Assembly: GCA_965214935.1 (NCBI GenBank)
Contig: CBDCCS010000028.1
Coordinates: 1-14,338, forward strand
Direction: 5' to 3'
Origin: Candidatus Velthaea sp.
Lineage (GTDB): Bacteria > Vulcanimicrobiota > Vulcanimicrobiia > Vulcanimicrobiales > Vulcanimicrobiaceae
Length of the DNA stretch: 14,338 nucleotides
The notes under the pieces were generated by a model. That model worked only from the letters and a program-made list of their open reading frames with translations, ran no database searches and was not told the DNA's origin. The position numbers were made by a program, and so were the translations under genes. This document shows, one piece after another, positions 1-6,504 of the stretch (the stretch's first letter is position 1; each line of letters opens with the position of its first letter).

Positions 1-2
1 TT

Positions 3-680
3 GGAGAGCATCTTGCGATCGGCGCGGACGAGCGCAACGCCAAATGGCGTCATCGCTTATACGACTTGATTGCGACGGCACGCTTATGCGAGCGCAACCC
101 GCGGATCGTTACGGGCCCCGATGATTTCCCATACTACGCATTGGAGGTGCCGCAGTCCGCGCGCCGCTGCACGACCGTCGCAATTCCGGATCTCGTCGAG
201 CGCGCGACGACGCGTGGACGCGGTGCCATACTGCACTGCGGAGCCGCCGATCCGTGGATCTTTTCATGCGGAGATCTTGCAACGCAGCGGGCCTTCGGAA
301 CCTACGAATTCCCGCGCATCGGTGTTCCGCTGGGAACCGGCCCGGTCATGCGCGACGTACGCAAAAACCCTGCCGACGTCTCGATTGGAGCGCCGCCGGC
401 GACACTGTTGCCCGGCTTCGTGCAACCACTGCTGCACCGCTTCTTTACGCAACGGCTCGGTATCGCCGAGCCGGGCGTTCTGGCGCTGCTCTCCGCGCAA
501 CAGCAGCCCGCCGAGCAGTTAGTTTTTCGCCTGTCGCGCGCCGACTTTCACGGCGAAGCCGAATTCGAGACGGCGCTTGCGGGCGTCAGCTGGTTCCTAC
601 CGCGCCACATCGTTGTTTCCGTCCTGCCGCCCGACGTCGTTGCGGGGCTCGATCGGGCATTCGTTCCGTTATCCGGGTAG
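3..680 (+). CDS. Hypothetical protein, 5'-truncated by the window edge
   Basis: The frame of ORF 66..680 is open back to position 3 (GEHLAIGADERNAKWRHRLYDLIATA...), so the start lies upstream of the window. Protein-like composition with motifs GPDDFPY, WIFSCGDL and WFLPRH. Stop TAG at 678-680 overlaps the 3' end of the convergent AKR gene. Confidence 0.75.
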   Translation, partial: GEHLAIGADERNAKWRHRLYDLIATARLCERNPRIVTGPDDFPYYALEVPQSARRCTTVAIPDLVERATTRGRGAILHCGAADPWIFSCGDLATQRAFGTYEFPRIGVPLGTGPVMRDVRKNPADVSIGAPPATLLPGFVQPLLHRFFTQRLGIAEPGVLALLSAQQQPAEQLVFRLSRADFHGEAEFETALAGVSWFLPRHIVVSVLPPDVVAGLDRAFVPLSG

Positions 681-1643
681 GGCTGCGTTGATGTCGGCGA
701 GTTCCTCGGTGCTCAGGCGAAACGATGCCGCACCGATCCAGCCGTCGACTTGCTGCGAATCGCGGGCGCCGACGATCGCGCCGGTAACGACCGGATCGCG
801 CAACGTCCAGGCAATGGCAACTTCGCCCGGCGACCGTCCGTGCCGCGCGCCGACGGTTTTGAGAACTTCGACGAATGCAAGATTTTTCGATAGCGCCGGT
901 TCTTGAAATGCGGGCGCGCGGCTGCGCCAGTCGTTTGACGGCAATGCCGTCGCGCGTTCCTTGGTCATTGCGCCGGTAAGCATGCCCGATGCCATCGGCG
1001 AATAGACGATGACGCCGATATCATGCGCGCGGCAGAACGGTAAGATCTCGGCTTCGACGTCGCGCTTGATCGGGCTGTACGGCGGTTGCAACGAGGTGAT
1101 CGGCGCGATCGCATTCGCGCGCTCGAGTTCGGCAACATCGAAATTTGAAACACCGATATAGCGCACTTTGCCTTCGCGCTGTAAATCCGCAAGGGTCGCC
1201 CAGCCGGCATCGATATCTTCGATCGTATCGGTCGGCCAGTGAACTTGATACAGGTCGATAGTCTCAACCTTGAGGCGCGCCAAGCTGCCTTCGCATTCGT
1301 CGCGTAACGATTTGGGATCGAGCGAGATAACCGTGTCGCCATTCGCATCCGCGAGCTGTGCGCACTTGGTGAAGACATACGGCCGTTCGCTCTTCGGGAT
1401 GCTTTCCAGAGCGCGAGCGACGACGGATTCGGAATAGCCCGCGCCGTAGGCGTGTGCGGTGTCGATCCAATTGACGCCGCGTTCGATTGCCCGGCGTATC
1501 GCGGCGACGGAGTCGTCATCGTTCTGATCGCCCCAGCCGTACTTCCATTCGCCGCCCCCGATCGCCCAAGCGCCGAATCCGACTGCGGTGATATGCAGGT
1601 CGCTCGTTCCGAGCTGACGCGTTTCGAGCAGTGTTTTCATCAT
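669..1643 (-). CDS. Aldo/keto reductase
   Basis: LGTSDLHITAVGFGAW N-terminus. Catalytic tetrad D/Y (DTAHAY), K (FTK), H (VHWP). IGVSNF, QPPYS, YSPMASG and AIVGAR motifs. Start most likely ATG at 1643 or 1640 rather than 1670. Confidence 0.95.
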   Translation of the reverse strand: MMKTLLETRQLGTSDLHITAVGFGAWAIGGGEWKYGWGDQNDDDSVAAIRRAIERGVNWIDTAHAYGAGYSESVVARALESIPKSERPYVFTKCAQLADANGDTVISLDPKSLRDECEGSLARLKVETIDLYQVHWPTDTIEDIDAGWATLADLQREGKVRYIGVSNFDVAELERANAIAPITSLQPPYSPIKRDVEAEILPFCRAHDIGVIVYSPMASGMLTGAMTKERATALPSNDWRSRAPAFQEPALSKNLAFVEVLKTVGARHGRSPGEVAIAWTLRDPVVTGAIVGARDSQQVDGWIGAASFRLSTEELADINAALPG

Positions 1644-1736
1644 GCCGGCTACGTACCCGGCGAAACGCAATACATGCCGTTACGCGCGCCCGAGCACCGC
1701 AGGGCCGGCCATTCTCAACGCTAAGAGCAATCGATT

Positions 1737-3143
1737 GTGAGCTCGTTCACCACCATCGACCCGTATGACGAACAAGCGATCGAAACGTTCGAGACATTCT
1801 CGTCCGCTCAGATCGATGCCGTTCTCGATCGTGCACGTGCGGCGTACGTTGCCGGCCGCGCGACACCGTTCGCGCAGCGAGCCGCCTGCATGCATGCTGC
1901 GGCCGGCGTACTGCGTTCGCGGACCGCAGAACTTGGCGCAACGATCACGCACGAGATGGGCAAGCCGCTCGCGGAAGCGGAAGCCGAGGTCCTCAAATGT
2001 GCGACGTGTTGCGATTACTATGCCGACAATGCCGAACGCTTTCTAGCCGATGAGCCGACGATCTCGAACGCAACCCAAAGCTACGTTGCGTATCAGCCGC
2101 TAGGCGTCGTGCTTGCCGTTATGCCGTGGAACTTTCCGTTTTGGCAAGTCTTCCGTTTCGCTGCCCCCGCGCTCATGGCCGGCAATGTCGGTGTGCTCAA
2201 ACATGCAACCAACGTCACGCGTTGCGCGCTCGAGATCGAGCGTGTGTTTGCTGCGGCCGGATTTCCGCCCGGTGCTTTTACGACCGTCATCGTGCCGGGC
2301 AACGATGTCGCCAAGCTCATCGACGATCCGCGAATCGCCGCCGTGACCCTCACCGGCAGCGAGGCTGCGGGTGTCTCGGTCGCGACGGCCGCCGGGCGAA
2401 ACTTAAAGAAGACCGTGCTCGAACTGGGCGGCTCCGATGCCTTTATCGTGCTGGCCGACGCCGATGTTGACGCGGCTGCCCGAACGGCACTCAAAGCGCG
2501 CTTTCAAAATGCGGGTCAGAGCTGCATCGCTGCAAAGCGCTTCATCGTCGAAGCGCCGGTCTACGACGCATTCGTCGAACGTTTGGCGGCCGGCGCAAAG
2601 ACGCTCGTCGTCGGCGATCCGCGCCGACGCGAGACGTCGGTCGGGCCGATGGCGCGCAGCGATCTGCGCGACGAACTCGCTCAACTCGTCGACGCGACGC
2701 TCGCGCAAGGCGCCCGGCTTGCCGCCGGCGGCGGCAACGGGCGAAAAGCCGGCTACTTCTACGAACCTGCCGTCATCGCCGATGTCCGGCCGGGTATGCC
2801 GCTCTTTGAAGAAGAGACATTCGGTCCCGCGGCGGCGGTGATCGAGGCGCGCGACGCCGACGAAGCGGTGGCCTTGGCAAACGATTCCCGCTATGGACTC
2901 GGCGGAAATCTGTGGACGCGCGACATCGAGCGGGCGAAGTTCCTTGCCCGCGGACTTGAAAGCGGCGGTGTCTTCATCAATGGGATGACGGCCAGCGATC
3001 CACGGCTGCCGTTCGGCGGCGTGAAACGCAGCGGCTACGGGCGCGAGCTTTCTTATTTCGGGATTCGCGAGTTCATGAACGTGCAGACGGTTTGGATCGG
3101 ACCCGATCGCAGCGCGGATGCGAGTGCCGTCCCGGCTGAATGA
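1737..3143 (+). CDS. NAD(P)-dependent aldehyde dehydrogenase, succinate-semialdehyde dehydrogenase (Sad/GabD1-like) subfamily
   Basis: MPWNFPFWQ, LKHA, TLTGS, catalytic Glu (LELGGSD), catalytic Cys (NAGQSCIA), EETFGP, PFGGVKRSGYGREL. GTG start. Exact substrate cannot be determined from sequence. Confidence 0.93.
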   Translation: MSSFTTIDPYDEQAIETFETFSSAQIDAVLDRARAAYVAGRATPFAQRAACMHAAAGVLRSRTAELGATITHEMGKPLAEAEAEVLKCATCCDYYADNAERFLADEPTISNATQSYVAYQPLGVVLAVMPWNFPFWQVFRFAAPALMAGNVGVLKHATNVTRCALEIERVFAAAGFPPGAFTTVIVPGNDVAKLIDDPRIAAVTLTGSEAAGVSVATAAGRNLKKTVLELGGSDAFIVLADADVDAAARTALKARFQNAGQSCIAAKRFIVEAPVYDAFVERLAAGAKTLVVGDPRRRETSVGPMARSDLRDELAQLVDATLAQGARLAAGGGNGRKAGYFYEPAVIADVRPGMPLFEEETFGPAAAVIEARDADEAVALANDSRYGLGGNLWTRDIERAKFLARGLESGGVFINGMTASDPRLPFGGVKRSGYGRELSYFGIREFMNVQTVWIGPDRSADASAVPAE

Positions 3144-3146
3144 TCG

Positions 3147-3698
3147 CTAGGGCGTGCGGCGTTTTGATTTCGACGGACTGCCCCACAGGCGGTCGAAGAA
3201 GTCCGGCTCACCCGTAGCGTTCTCGCTGCGCGGTTCCCGGCCGCGATAAAGCTGAAGCCGTTCGGCGGTAAAGGCGGCATTCGCATCGAGCGCAAGGATT
3301 TTGCGCCAGCGCATTTGCTGATCGATGCGTGCGACGAGTTCGCGCGGATCGAATGGCTTGGTAAGAAAATCTTGGACGCCGGTTTCGAGGGCCACGACCC
3401 GTTCTTCGATCTGCGAGTGCGTCGTGAGCATGACGATCGGTATTCCGCGCGTTGAATCATCTGCTTTGAGCTTGGCGACGGTTGCGCGTCCGTCGAGTAC
3501 CGGCATCATCCAATCGAGTAAGATCACGTCCGGTTTTTCGAGTTGAACGGCATCGAATGCCAGCTGTCCGTTTTCAAACGCGCGAATCGCAAAGCCGGCG
3601 CGCGACAAGACCGCGCATAACAGCATGCGTGTCGCAGCATCGTCTTCGGCGATGAAGATTTTACCGTGCGACGGTGCACTTTGCGCAGTTAATGTCAT
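3147..3698 (-). CDS. Response regulator: receiver domain plus ~55-aa C-terminal tail with no recognisable output domain
   Basis: IAEDD, phospho-acceptor ILLDWMMP, MLTT and LTKPF. ATG at 3698 is preceded by GGAGAG (SD-like), so the listed start at 3788 is probably too far upstream. Confidence 0.9.
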   Translation of the reverse strand: MTLTAQSAPSHGKIFIAEDDAATRMLLCAVLSRAGFAIRAFENGQLAFDAVQLEKPDVILLDWMMPVLDGRATVAKLKADDSTRGIPIVMLTTHSQIEERVVALETGVQDFLTKPFDPRELVARIDQQMRWRKILALDANAAFTAERLQLYRGREPRSENATGEPDFFDRLWGSPSKSKRRTP

Positions 3699-3801
3699 GA
3701 GCTCTCCATATGTCGTTAAACAATGGCGACCGGTGCCGTGAGGAAGACGGACGGGCATCGCAGACCGTAGGAACACCACGGCGGGCAACGGACGCAGAGC
3801 T

Positions 3802-3829
3802 AGCTTAACATGCTCGGCGATACGATCAA
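3802..3829 (-). promoter_or_regulatory. Putative sigma70-type promoter for the response regulator
   Basis: Minus strand reads TTGATC-16 nt-TAAGCT with TGn immediately before the -10 (extended -10). About 100 nt upstream of ATG 3698. Confidence 0.45.
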
Positions 3830-3993
3830 AGTAGGTAGCCGTGGGCTAGACGTAACGTTAACAATCGGCCGTGCCCGAACTCGTCTTGCCCATCGGCAGA
3901 CGTTCGACATGCGCCCGGCGCGACCGTCCGTTGCCGGCACGCGCCGCTGCTCGCCCCGGTGCTCTCGACCGAAAATTAACGCGTCGCACGGTT

Positions 3994-4695
3994 TCACGAA
4001 GCGGGTCCAACGCCTTCGACCGCTCGGGCGCGAACGCGGAGTTCGCGTGCGAAATAGGACAGGGCGGGCGACCCGATCAGCGGATGATCGATGATGTCGC
4101 CGAGGCTATTTTCACGCACGTCCATTGTCGTTGCTCCGAGTGTCCATGGCTCGTGCGAAATCTCGCCGCAAACCAGCTGATTGCCGCGCCGGGCGAAGAA
4201 ACGGTATCGTTCGTGCAAAAACGCCGTCAGCGAATCAGGCCGTGCGCGCTCGAACGCTACGGGCGGCGTGTAGTCTGCACGGAAGCGCCCGCCGGCCGCC
4301 GGCCGGCCCGTGCGCTCGCTGCGATATTCGATCGTGCCCGCGTCTTCGTGCGATACGATACGAGCGGTAAAATAGGGCAGCGCGGTCATTAGCCGCGCCG
4401 CATGAACGACGATCGGCTGCACCGCATCCAGACTGAAGAACCAAATGCCGGCTTTGCCGCCGACTCGCACGTACGTTCGCAGATTTACTTCCGCGACATC
4501 CCGAAAACCCGGCATCACCGGAAGGTCGCGGAGGTGAATTGCGGTCATGCGAAACGGCACGACCGACAACCAAGCCTGCCCCTCGAATCGGTCGAGTATG
4601 ACATTCGCCGGAAGCCGGCGCTGCAATGATTCGGAATCGGCGCGCCAGTGCGCAAAGCCGATGTCGCGCCAAATCATCTCGAGGGCCCAGCGCAT
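3994..4695 (-). CDS. DUF2071 / YqjF family protein
   Basis: WRDIGFAHW, LDRFEGQAWLSVVPFRM, EVNLRTYV, GIWFFSLDA, LPYF, FLHERY and ISHEPW match the YqjF family pattern. In-frame stop just upstream (4699-4701), so start is ATG 4695 or TTG 4698. Confidence 0.9.
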   Translation of the reverse strand: MRWALEMIWRDIGFAHWRADSESLQRRLPANVILDRFEGQAWLSVVPFRMTAIHLRDLPVMPGFRDVAEVNLRTYVRVGGKAGIWFFSLDAVQPIVVHAARLMTALPYFTARIVSHEDAGTIEYRSERTGRPAAGGRFRADYTPPVAFERARPDSLTAFLHERYRFFARRGNQLVCGEISHEPWTLGATTMDVRENSLGDIIDHPLIGSPALSYFARELRVRARAVEGVGPAS

Positions 4696-4886
4696 CAACT
4701 ATTGCGTTCCCGGCCATGCTTCGCCCGCACGTTCAGCTCCGCGCCGATACGCTGCTCGCAGGCTGTCTTTGCGTCGTCGGGCGTACTAGCAATCGTCGTT
4801 CTCTTTCGTGCTCGAATGATCGGCGTCGCGGGTCGGATCTGCGTGATGTCGCGCGATCCGGTCGGAACGTTGCGACGCTGCGTCAC
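4695..4886 (-). CDS. Possible small hypothetical protein (~63 aa) or gene remnant coupled to DUF2071
   Basis: Its TGA (4697-4695) overlaps the DUF2071 ATG (TGATG). Runs of G/C-ending codons. Candidate GTG start at 4886 is uncertain. Confidence 0.3.
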   Translation of the reverse strand: MTQRRNVPTGSRDITQIRPATPIIRARKRTTIASTPDDAKTACEQRIGAELNVRAKHGRERNS

Positions 4887-4966
4887 GCCGTCCGGTTCCG
4901 ATGCGGTGATGAACGCCGGCGCGAAACGACGCTGTCGACAGCCCGCGAGCTCGGTAAAAATCGCGC

Positions 4967-4992
4967 AACCGCGTTCAATCTGAGCGCGGTTT
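4967..4992 (+). terminator. Strong hairpin: possible weak intrinsic terminator or operator
   Basis: AACCGCGTTCA-ATC-TGAGCGCGGTT forms an 11-bp stem with one G:U on the + strand. Only a short T run (4990-4992) at its 3' end. Confidence 0.35.
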
Positions 4993-5002
4993 AAGAGACG
5001 GG

Positions 5003-5140
5003 ATGGATAAATCCCCGGCTGCAGTATGTTATTGCGTCTATGCGAACTGCGGCAACGCAAGTCTTGTCGACGAAGGACGTGTGACCGCGCGAGCCGCTGA
5101 TCCGACGCCGTTCGGACGACCGGGCGTGCGGCGGAAATGA
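5003..5140 (+). CDS. Possible 45-aa upstream ORF/leader peptide
   Basis: MDKSPAAVCYCVYANCGNASLVDEGRVTARAADPTPFGRPGVRRK*. Its TGA (5138-5140) overlaps the ATG (5137-5139) of the next gene (ATGA). Alternative internal GTG at 5081 follows GAAGGA. Confidence 0.3.
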   Translation: MDKSPAAVCYCVYANCGNASLVDEGRVTARAADPTPFGRPGVRRK

Positions 5141-6504
5141 GTTCGACGCTCTTCGACGGTCCGCAGTCGTTACGAGTCGGCCGCGAGTGGCGCGTCTTGT
5201 TCTTGTCCGTGTTGGCGATTATCGTTGCTGCGCCGCTCCTGGCGTACGTTTTCCCAATCCTCAACTCGTTTAAAGAGATCGCGCTTTTACTGATCGGCGG
5301 CATGATCTACGTTACGTTTGCGCGCGGCCGCTTGATCGGCGGAAGCATCCGCGTGCATGCCGGACAATTCGGTCATGTGTACGATATTGCACTCGAGTGC
5401 TCGCGCGCGCTACGCATGAATGTGCCGAGCGTTTTCGTGCGCGACGACCCCTTCGTTCCGATCGTCGCCGTCGGTATCGGAGAACCGTACTCGCTTATCA
5501 TATCCGCCCAGTGGGTCGATCATCTCGGACCGGCCGAGCTGCGTTTCCTCATCGGGCGCGAACTCGCACACATCGCCGCCGGTCACACACGCCTGACCTC
5601 GTTGCTCAGCGTGAACGGCCGGGAAAATGCGGTTGTGAGCATTCTTTTCGGCGCGTGGTTACGGCGGATCGAATACACCGCCGATCGCGTGGGACTGCTC
5701 TGCTGCGCCTCGCTCGACGAAGCGCTCGCAGCAATTTCGGTGTCGACCTTTCACTTAATCGGACGCAAGATCGATCTAGCCGTGTTTGCCGAACAGCAAC
5801 GTGAGATCGAAGCCGAGCGCGCGTTGCGAATCGGAGAATGGGTATCGGCAACGCCGTATGCAACGCGGCGCATTGCCGCGCTGTGCGCCTTTGCGCGCGA
5901 TCCGGCGTACCTCGCGTGGTCGTTACGCATCGAAGAAAATCGCAGCACACCGTTCGTCAGCGCGCCGTTGCCGGCCGGCGCCGTCTCGCGACGCGCGTAC
6001 GCAAACTTTCCGCGCCGGCTCAGTGCCTTTTTCATCGACTCGATCTTGATCGGCGCGATCGTTCCCGGCAGCCCGGTAGCGGTCAAAGTGACTTCGAGCA
6101 GTCTCGATCCGAACGTACCCCACTGGGTCGTGAATTTGTCGAAGCACGTACACGCGATCAGCGCGATCGACACGGGCGGCTGGAATACGCTCGTGCTCTT
6201 GTGTTACATCGTCCTGCTCGTCGGACTGGCCGGTCAAACGTTCGGCATGATGATCATGGATCTCCGCGTCGTCAATGCACGCTTCGGTCGCATCGGACTC
6301 TTTGGTGCAGTCGTCCGGTATGCGTGCCTGCTCGGCTCGATGGTCGCAGTGGTCGGTATTCTCAAGACATTCGCTCGCATTCAGCCATTCGAGAAATGGT
6401 CGAAAACGCGGCTAATTTCCGGCTCGGCGCATCTGTCTCGCGTCGAGCCGGCGATAACGCCGCAGCCGCTCGAGCCGGCGGCTTCGCAAGATTCGCGGCG
6501 CTAG
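5137..6504 (+). CDS. Membrane protein: M48 (HtpX/Ste24-like) peptidase-like domain with degenerate zinc motif, fused to a C-terminal RDD domain
   Basis: Two N-terminal hydrophobic helices. ELRFLIGRELAHIAAGH at the HExxH position, EYTADRVGLL, SATPYATRRI. RDD-type YANFPRRLSAFFIDSIL and GQTFGMMIMDLRVV. Confidence 0.85.
   Translation: MSSTLFDGPQSLRVGREWRVLFLSVLAIIVAAPLLAYVFPILNSFKEIALLLIGGMIYVTFARGRLIGGSIRVHAGQFGHVYDIALECSRALRMNVPSVFVRDDPFVPIVAVGIGEPYSLIISAQWVDHLGPAELRFLIGRELAHIAAGHTRLTSLLSVNGRENAVVSILFGAWLRRIEYTADRVGLLCCASLDEALAAISVSTFHLIGRKIDLAVFAEQQREIEAERALRIGEWVSATPYATRRIAALCAFARDPAYLAWSLRIEENRSTPFVSAPLPAGAVSRRAYANFPRRLSAFFIDSILIGAIVPGSPVAVKVTSSSLDPNVPHWVVNLSKHVHAISAIDTGGWNTLVLLCYIVLLVGLAGQTFGMMIMDLRVVNARFGRIGLFGAVVRYACLLGSMVAVVGILKTFARIQPFEKWSKTRLISGSAHLSRVEPAITPQPLEPAASQDSRR

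Noticed and set aside
3699..3993. Known ncRNA (6S, SRP, tmRNA, RNase P, common riboswitches)
   Set aside because: I could not find their diagnostic sequence motifs by eye; an Rfam scan is needed to exclude them formally.
4626..4994. Plus-strand ORFs 4626..4994 and 4648..4983 as genes
   Set aside because: No family motifs or SD, starts overlap DUF2071, and 4626..4994 is the in-register antisense of the better-looking minus frame.
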